Of a DNA stretch of 64,000 nt, positions 1 through 12,806 are shown one piece after another; positions within the stretch are counted from its first letter, which is position 1; every line of letters begins with the position of its first letter. Origin of the DNA: Octopus vulgaris (Eukaryota); assembly GCA_951406725.2 (NCBI GenBank), contig OX597814.1, forward strand, positions 15,004,001 to 15,068,000. Reading direction: 5' to 3'. Both the position numbers and the translations under genes were made by a program. Below the pieces are notes generated by a model. It saw nothing but the letters and a program-made list of their open reading frames with translations, did not search any database and had not been told where the DNA came from.

Positions 1-91
1 TATATTAAATATATATATATATACATATATATATATCATATATATATTATATATATAATATATATATATATATTATATTATATTATATGTA

Positions 92-133
<42 letters not shown>

Positions 134-166
134 GTATATATATATATATATATCATATATATATAT

Positions 167-229
<63 letters not shown>

Positions 230-719
230 AGGAGAGAGAAAAAGATATATATATATATATATATTTAGAGAGAGAGAGAGAGACACACACACACACGCGC
301 ACACACGTGATTGGAAAAATATAAGGTCACTCAACACATTTATTAGAAGTTACATGTTTTATTCAAAACAGTTTGGTTGGAGATTCCGTGTTAAAACTGA
401 TGTTTTACAAATCAAAAGTACACAAGAGACAGGATCGTAATATTTACGTGACTGTTTATGAATAATTAATTTCTTTCGACACCTACTGCACCCATACCGG
501 GTTGACAGGCTAGTAAACAATAGGTAAAAAATATAACCTTTTATTGTAATACCTGTCCCAATGTACATAATAGCAAATATATGGGTCACGAAAATTTTTC
601 CACTTACCGATAAGTTTCCTCCGGATTTAAAACCTCAACGGAAGAATGCATTTCCGTCATTTTGCTAGTTCCGCCTCGATATCTATAAATTTCATAATTT
701 ACGTTAAATATGTCTCATG

Positions 720-729
720 GGGAAATTCC
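720..729 (+). promoter_or_regulatory. NF-kB/Rel-type binding site GGGAAATTCC upstream of IL-17-like gene 1
   Basis: Exact match to the kB consensus GGGRNNYYCC, 20 nt before a TATAAATA box and about 160 nt before the ATG at 891. Confidence 0.6.
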
Positions 730-748
730 GTTATGTCTATATACAATA

Positions 749-756
749 TATAAATA
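749..756 (+). promoter_or_regulatory. TATA box of IL-17-like gene 1
   Basis: TATAAATA 142 nt upstream of ATG 891; the same TATATAAATA context lies at a similar distance before gene 2. Confidence 0.55.
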
Positions 757-890
757 AGCAAACTTAGGATAATTGATATCAAAAAGAAAGCAAATCAGAT
801 CGAGAACTGAGTACAGTCAAGACCCCCTTGAAAAAGTTATATCATATTGCTAAAGTCTTCGTCTTTGTTCCCATTTCAACAAGCCTTACA

Positions 891-905
891 ATGAACATGA
901 CAAAA
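891..905 (+). CDS. IL17: IL-17-like gene 1, coding exon 1 (MNMTK)
   Basis: ATG AAC ATG ACA AAA followed by a consensus GTAAGT donor. Phase 0 joins in frame to the acceptor at 2683 and completes a signal peptide (MNMTK-VLIVLISNILIASSA). The paralog has the same 5-codon exon. Confidence 0.75.
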
Positions 906-1022
906 GTAAGTTATAGCATCTTAACGGCATTATATATCATATATTTCAGGTTTACACAGTAAATATTCGTAAGTCAATACTATCTGATGCATTTATCTTT
1001 CTATTAATGTTTCCTTATATAA

Positions 1023-1058
<36 letters not shown>

Positions 1059-2177
1059 AAGTATTTATGTATGTATATATTACATATATGCATATATGCA
1101 TACATACATACAAAGATACCTCCATCGTTGAGTGCATTTGTGAACTAATATAGTCGGTGAGGGATAAGGGAAGAGAGGCGTGTTAAAATATATACAATGC
1201 TTCAACTATGGTGTAGACAATGAAACCCAAACGCATTTCTAGCTGACAAATACTCATACCCGCAAACGAAAAGTAGGGAAAACAGATTTCCCTCCCCATT
1301 TCATTTGCATCAACATAATTCTTGTTTCTTTGCCGAACAGATGGATAAAATTAAACTGTTTAAAACAATCTAACGTTTTTTTTTCTGTTTAATCCTCATC
1401 GCCCCCATTCAGAAATATTGAGGTTGGTCAAGAGAGTGAATATTTTTGCGCCTTTACCCTCAAGCAGTGTGGATAAGCTTTGTTGAGTGTATCTTTTTCT
1501 CATTATATTGAACGATTTATCGTTTGAAATACTGTATTTTATTGTAGGAACAATTTAATTCTTTAAAGACTCTTGATTAGGAAACGAATTTTTTTAGTTC
1601 TTTGTTTTACGATTATTATATAGTAGGGGTTGGGACTATGGAAATTTCACTTTACATAACTGCTATTAAGTCTATTTAGATGAAAGCATCATGAAGTTCA
1701 TGTCCTTTTTCAGTACGCTGAATCTTTAGTTTGGGCCTTCGCTTTCATTCCATAGCGAAGTTTGTTTAAAGCATAACTCTCTTCCTTCTTTCATTCAACA
1801 ATGAATTTAAAGCTGCACATGAAGAGTTAAATTTACAAAATAGAAGAAAGAAATGCTGTGCTTGCGTTTTCTCTTTTTTTTTTGTGTACTGTTAATTGAC
1901 TGAAGAGATGTAGATTCTAATTAACAATATTTGTAAAACATATACCGTCAGAATGAAAATAGTTAGTTATTGACATTTTCAACGGAACAACCCGAAACAG
2001 AATTAGCAAGAACTTCAAAACAAATATATCAGGAAAAAAAAAACATTACGATTCCAAATATGTTGTTTTCAGTATGATTGGAAATCTCATCTCCCACCTC
2101 ATAACTTATTCATTAATAAGACATCTAATTTCAATAGTGTATTGTATTCCTTAAGTAGGATTCTATTTTTTTTAAGC

Positions 2178-2257
2178 GATAGTAGTTGTTTCTGTTATAT
2201 ATAATACAGTTGTGTTTAAGCTTAACTGTCGTATATATAACAGAAACACCTACTATC
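2178..2257. repeat. 80-nt near-perfect hairpin (34-bp arms) in intron 1 of IL-17 gene 1
   Basis: Arm 2178-2211 matches the reverse complement of 2224-2257 at 31/34 positions; 12-nt loop. Confidence 0.85.
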
Positions 2258-2683
2258 CACAAACAATTGTTTACTTATGAATTCACACATACGTCAATTG
2301 TCGCACCTACTTAATTATTCTTCCTTTAAGTTTCTCCTACATTCTTTCTTTTTCGAGTAAAACTCCTCTATCGACTTGCACTTTCAAATCTTTCATTTAA
2401 GTCATTAATCAACCAATTACACATCACAGCTTTCTCTCCACTAAAAGTATTTGTCCCCGCTGTTTACCAGTGAATACGATTTTAAGTAACAAATGTATAG
2501 GAAAATAACTACTACGTATGATTTTTTATTTATACCTTACTCCACATTTTTTTTATATATTAGATATCTATTATGTAATTTCTTAAAAAAACGTATGTTA
2601 TAATTTTTAAGGTTATTTCAAATAAATTGAAAATAAGATACACAACATGACTAAAATGTTTTCTATCACCTTTTTTCTTTCAG

Positions 2684-3199
2684 GTTTTGATAGTTCTCAT
2701 CAGTAACATCCTGATTGCATCTTCGGCATCAATTCCATCCCAATGTAAAATACCAAGCAACTTGCAAGTCCAGTACGAGAGTCTGTCCCGTGCAGCCATT
2801 GGTAATAGCTTTTTTCTACCATCTGAAATGGCTCCAGCCGGAAGTAACCAGCCACCACAGATTAAAGGGAATAAAACTTGTCCAACATCTTCTGGATCTA
2901 CTGCTACCATCAGTGAGCGATCAACCTGTCCTTGGTATCTGAACATTACCCATGATTCAACATATTTCCCTCCGTCACGTGCTGAAGTAGTGTGTCGTTG
3001 TAGTGATTGTGTAGACACAGATAGCAATCACCAGTGTGTGATGGTATACACTAAAATGACTGTCCTCAAACGTACAGGGGAATGTATCGATGGACTATAT
3101 GTATATAAGCCAAAAGTGATTGAGGTAGCCACAGCTTGTGTATGTGCAAGGAAAGTCGATTTTATAATCGAAAGAAATAAGGACGATTACGAGTCGTAA
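2684..3199 (+). CDS. IL17: IL-17-like cytokine gene 1, coding exon 2 (about 176 aa precursor in total)
   Basis: Polypyrimidine tract + CAG acceptor at 2681-2683. IL-17 cystine-knot motifs: RSTCPW, FPPSRAEVVCRCSDC, QCVMVY..MTVLKR..EC..GLYVY and VATACVC. Hydrophobic N-terminus; 10 Cys. Confidence 0.93.
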   Translation, partial: VLIVLISNILIASSASIPSQCKIPSNLQVQYESLSRAAIGNSFFLPSEMAPAGSNQPPQIKGNKTCPTSSGSTATISERSTCPWYLNITHDSTYFPPSRAEVVCRCSDCVDTDSNHQCVMVYTKMTVLKRTGECIDGLYVYKPKVIEVATACVCARKVDFIIERNKDDYES

Positions 3200-3488
3200 A
3201 TACAACTGACTACTAAAATGTTCTCTGCGTGTAACGCAAAAGTTATTCATGATATGAAAGCTTAAGTATACCACCATGTGGTTATTTAAATATATATACA
3301 CACAAAAACAAAACACATACATTTTTATATGTATATCTATATGTACATATGTAAATATGGTATGCATCTATAAATAACATATATATATACATATATTATA
3401 AATTATATTACATTTTATTATATTTAATGTATATAAATATATATAGCGAGAGAGAGAGAGAGTGAGAGAGAGAGAAAGAGAGAGAGAT

Positions 3489-3535
<47 letters not shown>

Positions 3536-4622
3536 GCAGTCAAATGAAAGAGAATCATACATTTTGCAAAAAATTCTATATTTTAAAACTTTTCAAGACA
3601 AATATCTATTTATTGTTATCATTAAGAAATTAAATTATTAAAAATATTGTTAACTAAATAATAATTTTTACTGCATATTTAGAATATCTAAGACTTCAAA
3701 TAACTTTTTTTTTTACCAGCGTTTTTATACGCAAAGACAGATAAATACTCAAACGTGCATTCATTTTCTCAATTAGAATTTATATGTGGGGAAGACAGTA
3801 GAATGGACTTAAACTCCTTCGGATAATAATACTTGAATCCACTTTAACACCGGATTGTATTTAATCATTTTAGTTGCCTAAATAACGATATATACATAGG
3901 CACAAGTTTAGGAACTAGTCGATAAAATTGAACCGAATACTTCGGTCCTTCACGAATGCAAATCTATGTTGACCAGTGATAGTTGAATTGAGAATTTAAA
4001 GAATAGTCATTAAATAGAGCAAAGAATTTCTTTCCGATGTTCAGTTATTCTGTTAATGCATTATTTTCAATTGCCTAAATAATGTTACTAAGTATTATAT
4101 ATAACAATCACATTTTGCTTTTACACAATAGATTTAAAATAGTGCACTTAATGACACAGTATTGTTTCATGAAATTATCTTACAGGAATTACGAGCACAG
4201 ACACACACATGCGCACATCATGAAATAACAGCTTTAATTTTATCTCTGGGAAAATTGTTTATCCTTCACAAATAACTAAATTAAATATGCATTTTTATTC
4301 ATTAATTACGTATTTTTATGAATGATGATTGTATTCTTTTCGTTGCAACAGCTGTAGAAAAGAATTAAATTACAAATTTTGCATCATTACTATACTAAAT
4401 GCATTAGTATGTTGCTCTAAATAGTCATTACTTATACTAATTTATTCCACTTGTAAATCTTGCATTGTAATGACATATTAGAGTTTAACGAAAGGCTCAT
4501 ATTGAGTTCTTAAATATAGTGAATATAGTATGGTACTCAGACTATTATTCAATACATGCATTCGTACATACATACGTACACACGCACACACACACACACA
4601 CACACACGCACACACACTCACT

Positions 4623-4693
<71 letters not shown>

Positions 4694-4706
4694 ACATACA
4701 TAAGAG

Positions 4707-5023
4707 TAAAAAACCCTTCGGTCGAGAATGACCATGGAATTGCTACTAGAAAGTTCATCTCCGAGGCACAAGTTCGAGCAAAGTTCATGGAAGACCAGCA
4801 GTCGCCCATGTATATCAGCCTTCACTCTCCACACCATCTATGTTATCCAAGGCAAACGCCGACACAGCTTTGCACCAGTGACCTCACAGTTCATTTCTAC
4901 ATGTGAGTGAGCTGGAGCAACATGAAATAAAGTGTCTTGCTCAAGAACACAATGCAAAGCCCGACCCTGGAATCAAACTCACTACCTCATGATTGCGAGT
5001 CCTACGTTTTAACCACTGAGCCA
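4707..5023 (-). mobile_element. tRNA-derived SINE, family C (subtype shared with 6021-6347)
   Basis: Reverse strand begins tggctcagtggttaaaacgtaggactcgcaatcatgaggtagtgagtttgattcc (A/B boxes); the body is similar to 6021-6347. Confidence 0.7.
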
Positions 5024-5165
5024 ACCAATTTCTTCATATTTATTTTATATATTTTTATATCTATATAGTGTATCGAAATTTCGATATTGAAATTGTTTAA
5101 GTATATTTTGTATTATTTTGAAACGAATGTTGGATATAACACCTCTTTAATAGGTGAAAATGTGA

Positions 5166-5233
5166 GATACATAAATTATACATAAATTATATTATACATA
5201 AATTATATTATACATAAATTATATTATACATAA
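5166..5233. repeat. AT-rich minisatellite (about 16-nt unit acataaattatattat)
   Basis: Direct tandem repetition is visible. Confidence 0.8.
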
Positions 5234-5534
5234 AATTTGCTTTATATTAAAGTCGTATTTTAATAAAAGTATTATGAACACAAAAACTATCTTTGTCATT
5301 TTTCATTTTATTTATTTCTTTATTTGTATCATTGGGATAAGTATTCAAATGTTAAATCTCTGATTCAAGGATTGCTATACCTTGAGTGGATAGAATTTAT
5401 TGCTTTGTAAATGGCTGTCGTTCTGGGATATATCTTGAAGAGAAAGGACTGTGATTTTAAAACAAGGACAATTTTCACAGTAAAGTTGAGTGTTTGTTTA
5501 TTGCATAAAGCAATAGTAAGTTCTCTACATGGTA

Positions 5535-5770
5535 TGGTGGTGCGCTGGCAGAATCGTTAGCACGCCGGGCGAAATGCGTAGCCGTATTTCGTCTGCTGTT
5601 ACGTTCTGAGTTCAAACTCCGCCGAGATCGACTTTGCCTTTCATCCTTTCGGGGTCGATAAATTAAGTACCAGTTACGCACTGGGGTCGATATAATCGAC
5701 TTAAAACCTATGTCTGTCCATGTTTGTCCCCTCTATGTTTAGCCCCTTGTGGGTAGTAAAGAAATAGGTA
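5535..5770 (+). mobile_element. SINE family B (gagctggcagaatcgttagc...gttcaaattcc...gcctttcatcctttcggggtcgataaattaagtaccag)
   Basis: tRNA-like A/B boxes and a conserved core; at least 10 related copies in the window. Confidence 0.85.
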
Positions 5771-6020
5771 AGTTCTCTACATCTAATCTAAGCAAAATTA
5801 CCTTGTTAGCATATGCGTACAGCGGCAGGTTTGCGAGAAATTTGTTTGTTTACGTATCTGTAACTTAGCGGAATGACAAAAGACGGCCAATAGAATAAGG
5901 ACCAGTCTTAATCGAACAGACACAGGGAGCGATCCGTTGAACTAAATTTCTTCAATGTAGAGGAAATCATTGAAACAAGTAAAAGACAATAAATGATACA
6001 TATGAATGTAAAAAAAAAAA

Positions 6021-6347
6021 AGGGTAAAGACCCTCTTCGGTTATGAATGACCGTGGGATGCACCAAGAAAGTTTCCATTTGGAGAAGGTTGTTTATGGAA
6101 GACCAGCCGTAGCCAGTGCATATCAGCCTCCTCTCTTCAACGCTACTGATGTTATCCAAGAGAAAGGCAAACACTGATACGGCTTGGCACCAGTGACATC
6201 GGAACTCATTTCTACAGCTGAGTGAAATGAGGCAACGTGAAATAAAATGTCTTGCTTAAGAACTCAATACAGAGCCACGTCTGAGATTCGAACTCACTAC
6301 TTCATGATTTTGAGTCCGATGCTCTAACTACTAAGCCATGCGCCTCC
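6021..6347 (-). mobile_element. tRNA-derived SINE, family C
   Basis: Head ggaggcgcatggcttagtagttagagcatcggactc...gagttcgaatctc on the minus strand. Confidence 0.75.
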
Positions 6348-6707
6348 ACATGTATGTATATATACATATTTGCTTTTGAATAAATGCGTGTGCTTATTTT
6401 TATTGACGTAATGATCTTCCCTAAATATATATATATATATATATATATATAACGGAAAGCTTTATAAAAATAGACAAAAGACGAACGCAGGTTTACGGAA
6501 ATAAACATAATATATATATATATATATACGAGGCATGATTAATAAGTATCCGGACTGCATCACCTCTGGATATCCTGTTGCTTAATTTTATTTTATTCAC
6601 CTTATTTTGAAGTTGTATAGATAATACCGCTCTAATTTTGGGTGCTTCATCTTAAATACCTAATTCATCTGAATCTCAATTATTTTGCTTATATATATGT
6701 ATATATA

Positions 6708-7110
6708 GGCGCAGGAGTGGCTGTGTGGTAAGTAGCTTGCTTACCAACCACATGGTTCCGGGTTCAGTCCCACTGCGTGGCATCTTGGGCAAGTGTCTTC
6801 TGCTATAGCCCCGGGCCGACCAATGCCTTGTGAGTGGATTTGGTAAACGGAAACTGAAAGAAGCCTGTCGTATATATGTATATGTATGTGTGTGTGTGTG
6901 TTTGTGTGTCTGTGTTTGTCCCCCTAGCATTGCTTGACAACCGCTGCTTGTGTGTTTACGTCCCCGTAATTTAGCGGTTCGGCAAAAAGAGACCGATAGA
7001 ATAAGTACTGGGCTTACAAAGAATAAGTCGATTTGCTCGACTAAAGTCGGTGCTCCAGCATAGCCGCAGTCAAATGACGGAAACAAGTAAAATAATAAAA
7101 GAATAAAAGA
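6708..7110 (+). mobile_element. tRNA-derived SINE family A (ggcgcaggagtggctgtgtggtaag...ggttcagtccc)
   Basis: A/B boxes, internal (TA)/(TG) tract and an A-rich tail; near-identical copies at 7816, 20187, 26143 and 33880. Confidence 0.9.
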
Positions 7111-7815
7111 AAAAAAAGAATATATATTTGTGTGTGTGTGTGTGTGTGTGTTGTAAAGTGTCTTTTGCCACTGTTTGATTTGTCTTTTGACGACGGTTTT
7201 CACTCTGACAAATATTGCTATATTCAGAAGTCCTCGATAGAATGTTACTGTCTGGCACTGTACGACCCCCAGCTACGGTCAACACAGTCTACACGTTATC
7301 TCGACCTTCTCCCTGTCGACCGGCGTCTGGTTTATTTATAATGCCTACTACTACCACTGTTTACCGGGTGTGTTGACAGTTTCAACATACATCTCCCCCA
7401 TTAAATCTTTTTAACAATCAATTTCTTTTATTCTCCCTAACTCCCCCCCATTTTTTATATATATATATATATTCAACACCTTTTCTTCTTAGAGTTTGCT
7501 TTTAGGAATTCAATGTTCTTCCTTTTCCTTGTACGTGTGGTTTCGACTTCTTGTAACGGTGTTGGAATCTGAAAAGTGTCATATAGCCAAACCATCGGTA
7601 TTTCTGCTCTTATTGGTGCCTTCTCTTTCATTCTCTGTGATTTCTATGATTTCTATCTCTGTGTGTCTACGATTTCTATGTTTCCTTTCCATTCCATTTC
7701 TGTTTCTTACACCATACATCATTCTTCCTATGTATGTTACAATTTCTCCTTTCTCATAGTATTGCTTGCCCCTTTTGTACGTTCTTACATACGTTCTTTT
7801 GTACGTTCTTACACA

Positions 7816-8231
7816 GGCGCAGGAGTGGCTGTGTGGTAAGTAGCTTGCTAACCAGCCACATGGTTCCGGGTTCAGTCTCACTGCGTGGCATCTTGGGCAA
7901 GTGTCTTCTGCTATAGCCTCGGGCCGACCAAAGCCTTGTGAGTGGATTTGGTAGATGGAAACTGAAAGAAGCCCGTCGTATATATGTATATATATATATG
8001 TGTGTGCGTTTGTTTGTGTGTCTGTGTTTGTCCCACTAGCATTGCTTGACAACCGATGCTGGTGTGTTTATGTCCCCGTCACTTAGCGGTTCGGCAAAAG
8101 AGACCGATAGAATAAGTACTGGGCTTACAAAGAATAAGTCCCGGGGTCAAGTTGCTCGATTTAAGGCGGTGCTCCAGCATGGCCGCAGTCAAATGACTGA
8201 AACAAGTAAAAGAGTAAAAGAGTAAAGAGTA
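7816..8231 (+). mobile_element. SINE family A, full length
   Basis: Same sequence as 6708-7110, with a (gtaaaaga)n tail. Confidence 0.9.
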
Positions 8232-10850
8232 TACCTTATCACCGATTCTAAAGAATGTTGGTATGTCTTTATTAGCACGCATTTATTTCTTCACTGTTAA
8301 CAGTTTATCGAATACTGACTTCACCTTTCCGGCAAACATTAATTGTGCTGGTGAACTTCCTTCTGGCACATTTGGGTTCAAAGTTAACCTGTATACCCTT
8401 AAGAATTGTTGGATCGCGACCTCGTACGTAGCTTCTTTATTTGCTTTCTTCAAAGCTCTCTTAAAAGTGTCCACGAACCCGTTCGTCCCTTCCATTCGAT
8501 CTAGAATGATACGGTGCTATAATCTTTTGTTCTAACGTGAACATCTCGCAGAATCTTTTAAACTCACGGGATACAAACTGTGTTCCGTTATGAGAGACAA
8601 TTATATCTGGTACACCAAATCATGCAAACAGCTCGTATAAGAACTTTATTACAGTATATGAGGTTGGTCGTTTACACCTCACGACCTCAGGTCATTTTGT
8701 GTAGCTGTCCACTACTATTAGGTAATAATATCCATTTACAGGGCCTGCAAAATTGATATGCAGTGGGAACAATGGTATTTTCATTTCAGGCCAAGATTGA
8801 TGTTTTGTAGAAGGTAGTTTCGCTGCCAGCGCACACGCCCTGCAGCCTTTTACCAGGTTTTCAACTTGGTCTATGCTTGGCCAGTATACGAAACTTCGCA
8901 CCGGCGCTTTCATTATAGAGATGCTTGGATGTCTCATCTGGAACTCTTTTAGCATTCTCTTCTATAATGTCTGTAGTATGACCTCTCTCTGAGCGTACAT
9001 TAATACAATATCACATAAAGTGTAGACGTTCACGTCTTGGCAGTTCTTTGCATCAGAGGTTTCTTTATTTCCCTTTGTCGACCACAATTTTGTTTTGTCT
9101 CATTAATAAATTTGTCATTTCTCGCATTCCCTTTTATTTCTTATAAAGTTACGAAATATTTCACAACACTTCTTTTTTTGTTTCTGCTTCCGACCTTAGT
9201 GCTGCCATTACGGTGTCTTCCAGCGGTTCGTTATTTCTCGGAATTAGCCTAGATAGACCAACGGTATCTCCCATCTCTTTTGGAGGACAGATATTCCATT
9301 CTGTAATTATTGTTTAATAGATTGGTACCCCACCGCAGCAGTCTGTGTGCTGTGTGTGTCAGGATTCCCTTCTTGGATCCTTATACCATTATCAGAGGTC
9401 TATGGTCCGTTTGCAACCAAACACGTGGGCCATGTAGGAACCTATGAAGTTTCTTCACGCTAAATATAATAGCCAACGTCTTTCTTCAATCTGGTTATAG
9501 TTCTTTTCCGCTGGCAATAATTTCCTTGACGGATTAGCCTTTCTCCTGCCCTCGTTACACTTGTGTAGAAGCACGGCTCCTATCACATACTCTCTTGCAT
9601 CTGTAGCTGGTATTATCTTTAACTTTGGGTCGAAATGCGTAAGATACAAGCCTGAAGTTAACACATCTTTTAACTCGTTAAATACTTTCTGACATTTCTC
9701 TGTCCAAATCCATTTGGCATTTTAAAAAATAATTCATTAAGTGGTGCCGTTACCTTATGTATATTTACCAAGCCTAGGAATGCTTCTAGGATTGTCATGT
9801 TCGTCGGGGGCGGCATATTTCGTATTGCCATCGCCCTTGATGGGTCCCGCCTACATCCACTTCCGTCGATTACTTGACTTAGGTATTATATATATTTCAT
9901 TAAAAATCACAGGGTTAGTCTGTCAGTTTTAGTCTGTATTCACTTATTTTCTTAAGTAATTTATGCGTTCGACATGTTACACCCGAGACTTGGTCTTTAT
10001 CAGAATTTCATCTAGGTATACGATGGAGAAGTCGCAATCACTTAACATCGGATCCATTATTTGTTGGAATTTGGCGGGTGCCACTTTTACCCCAAAAGGC
10101 AGTCGTTTAAACTTGTAAAATCCACGGTGCGTGTTGATTGTTAGTAGATGTGTGCAATCGCCCTCTAACTGAATTTGAAATTACGCTTCTGAGAGGTCTA
10201 ATTTCGAAAAAGTTTTCCCTCCTTTTAGTTTAGCAAAACTTCTTCTGGGCTTGTGTATGAGTAAAGAGTCGTTTAACCCGGTTGAGAAGTCGGAGTACAC
10301 TCTTAGCTTATTATTATTATTTTTACGTACACCGCCGGTGCTGCCCAGTTTGCGTGGTCCATCTTTAAAATTATATTCTTATATTCAGGATTTCCAACCT
10401 TTCTAGTTAGTTACTGACCTGATCTACTGCAGCAAACGGCGCGTTCCGTTTGAGCCTGAGAGGTGTTGAATTTTCTTTGATAGCAAACCTTGATTTTGTT
10501 TTTATGCAACAGCCTAAACCTTCCAAAAAAAAAAAAAAAACGCTTTGGAGAAAGTTTCTTTCACTTTTTATTTCAGCTCCTCGAATTCGTTCGATCGTTT
10601 GACTACTCCGTTTAGGTTATTCCACAAAGCGCTTATGGGTGTATGCCATAAATTAAATTTCTCCATACATTCGGTGCCAAATAAATTAATGGATTTTTCA
10701 ACACTACTTCTTAGTATAAAGTCTGCTTTCATTTCTTATAGGGTTTTCTAACCTAGCTAGTTTGCTCGTCGCTAGTTCAGTGATTGTATGTCACTTATTT
10801 TCTATATACTGCGAGCTGGAGTGAACAACAGCTATGTCTAGCACACGAAT
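8232..10850 (-). mobile_element. Degenerate Ty3/Gypsy LTR retrotransposon pol remnant (RT-RNaseH-integrase)
   Basis: Minus-strand fragments: INTHRGFYKFKRLPFGVKVAPAKFQQIMD and YLDEILI (RT); ATDAREYVIGAVL...SRKLLPAEKNYNQIE (RNase H); H...MKAPVRSFVYWP..C..C and HINFAGP..YLIVVDSYTK (integrase). Domain order is RT-RH-INT, with many frameshifts. Boundaries are approximate. Confidence 0.88.
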
Positions 10851-11320
10851 ATCCATAATTGTGAATGACCATGAAGAGGCCGAGACCCTATAGTGTAGTG
10901 GTCTCGTGGCAGAAGCTGTGTTCTGTACATAGTTTCATACTATCATCCACTTCATATTTCTCGAAGCTTCTCTATCTGTCTGTCTCTCAGTCTCTCCCTC
11001 TTTCTCTCCCTCTCTCTCTCTCTCCTTTCCTCTCCTCTCCCTACCTCTCTATCTTTCACTTTTCCTATGCCTATAATGGATTTTCAAACATTTACTCTGG
11101 GACGGGAAATAACTCTTCGACTGTTGATCATGAAATACTGCCTTAGCAATTTCATCTAATAGGAATAACAGTGTTTCTATTCTCTTGGTAAATGTAAAAA
11201 CAATATATTCTTTATTTTCCCGAAGATCTTCCTCGCAGGATTTCCGTAGTTGCCACTTTCTGAGTTTTCAGTTGAAATCCATAACTTACTTATCCTCTGA
11301 TGAGGGTAGAGTTCATCGTT

Positions 11321-11411
<91 letters not shown>

Positions 11412-11839
11412 CTGTGCATGTTTGTGTGTGAAAGTTTAAAAAACAGATATGCCATTTAGGCGTATTTCCTTTGTTTTAATCACTGTCATGAGAAACAACA
11501 TATGAGTAAGTTGTGTAACTTCGACTTCATATTGTAATCTATAAAATAAATTCATGTTCATCCAGTCAGCAATTCAATACGTACATGCACTATGGGAATG
11601 AGAAATGTTAAAAGAAGAACAAACCAAAACACCTGAGTATTTAATAAAGCTTTATGGACCTTAAAATGTAAAATTTCCTATAAATGTAATGAAATATGAT
11701 ACGCAGAATTGTTTCTCATGATACTGTGTTTAAGTATTAATCCCTCTGCAAACCTCTGCACATATAAGGCAAATATGTAGTCAACTAGTATCATAATCGC
11801 CAGTACTGTATTCAAAATTCTTCCAAACATAAATTATTG

Positions 11840-12390
11840 TTACAAAAATGTATAAATATATACAAAAGAGATATACAAAAACATTTTTTTTTCTAGTTTC
11901 AGCTCAGAACTGCGGCCATGCTGATGCACAAAAAAGAGATGCAAAAACATATATTTATATATTGTATATATAAATATATACAAAAATATATACAAAAGCA
12001 TATTTATATATTGTATAAATAAATATATACAAAAAAATATACAAAAACATATTTTTATATTGAATAAATAAATATATAAAAAAGATACACGAAAACATAT
12101 TTTTATATTGTATAAATAAATATATACAAAAAAGATATACAAAAACATATTTTTACATTGAATAAATAAATATATACAAAAAAGGTATACAAAAACATAT
12201 ATTTATATATTTTATATAAATATATACAAAAAAGATATACAAAAACATTTATATATTGGGTGCTATTAAGGTGGTGCTATTAAGCTAGACGTGGCCTGGG
12301 TCAATAATTGCTGATACCTATCAAAGTATCAAAGTACGTATTGTGTATATAAATATATACAAAAAAGATATACAAAAACATATTTATCAA
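11840..12390. repeat. AT-rich minisatellite (about 50-55 nt unit aaatatatacaaaaaagatatacaaaaacatattttt...)
   Basis: About 8-9 imperfect copies, interrupted by two short unrelated inserts. Confidence 0.8.
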
Positions 12391-12566
12391 ATAACAATTT
12401 GAGGTAGGGTAGGGTAGATTTTAAAGTAAAGATATAAAAAATATATGAATTTTATGTGCATGTGTATATGAATATACAATTCATCCATCCATACATACAT
12501 ACATATATATATATATATATTGCGCATGCGCATTGTTTGTTTTCGAATTTGTGGACTACACAGTAT

Positions 12567-12797
12567 ATATTTCTTTACTACCCACAAGGGGCTAAACACA
12601 GAGGGGACAAACAAGGACAGACAAAGGGATTAAGTCTATTATATCGACCCCAGTGCGTAACTGGTACTTAATTTATCGACCCCGAAAGGATGAAAGGCAA
12701 AGTCGACCTCGGCGGAATTTGAACTCAGAACGTAAAGACAGACGAAATACTGCTAAGCATTTCGCCCGGCGTGCTAACGTTTCTGCCAGCTCGCCGC
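12567..12797 (-). mobile_element. SINE family B
   Basis: Reverse complement of the 5535-5770 family. Confidence 0.88.
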
Positions 12798-12806
12798 AGT
12801 ATAGTA

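Noticed and set aside
87-440. YI/HT/CV/MYVC-rich ORFs here and throughout (e.g. 32486-32935, 35051-35498, 40307-40912)
   Set aside because: These are translations of (TA)n, (CA)n and (CATA)n microsatellites, which lack stop codons by construction.
2680-3027. 115-aa minus-strand ORF and other ORFs overlapping IL-17 exons
   Set aside because: Antisense or alternate-frame shadows of the real exon, with no recognisable motifs.
6708-6780. tRNA genes suggested by A/B-box sequences
   Set aside because: They are heads of multicopy SINEs that continue into SINE bodies; no complete cloverleaf was seen.
7564-7604. Additional hammerhead-like words (7564-7604, 21215-21260, 45290-45325, 62440-62520)
   Set aside because: Core nucleotides or stems are too damaged to call by eye; probably old pLTR debris.
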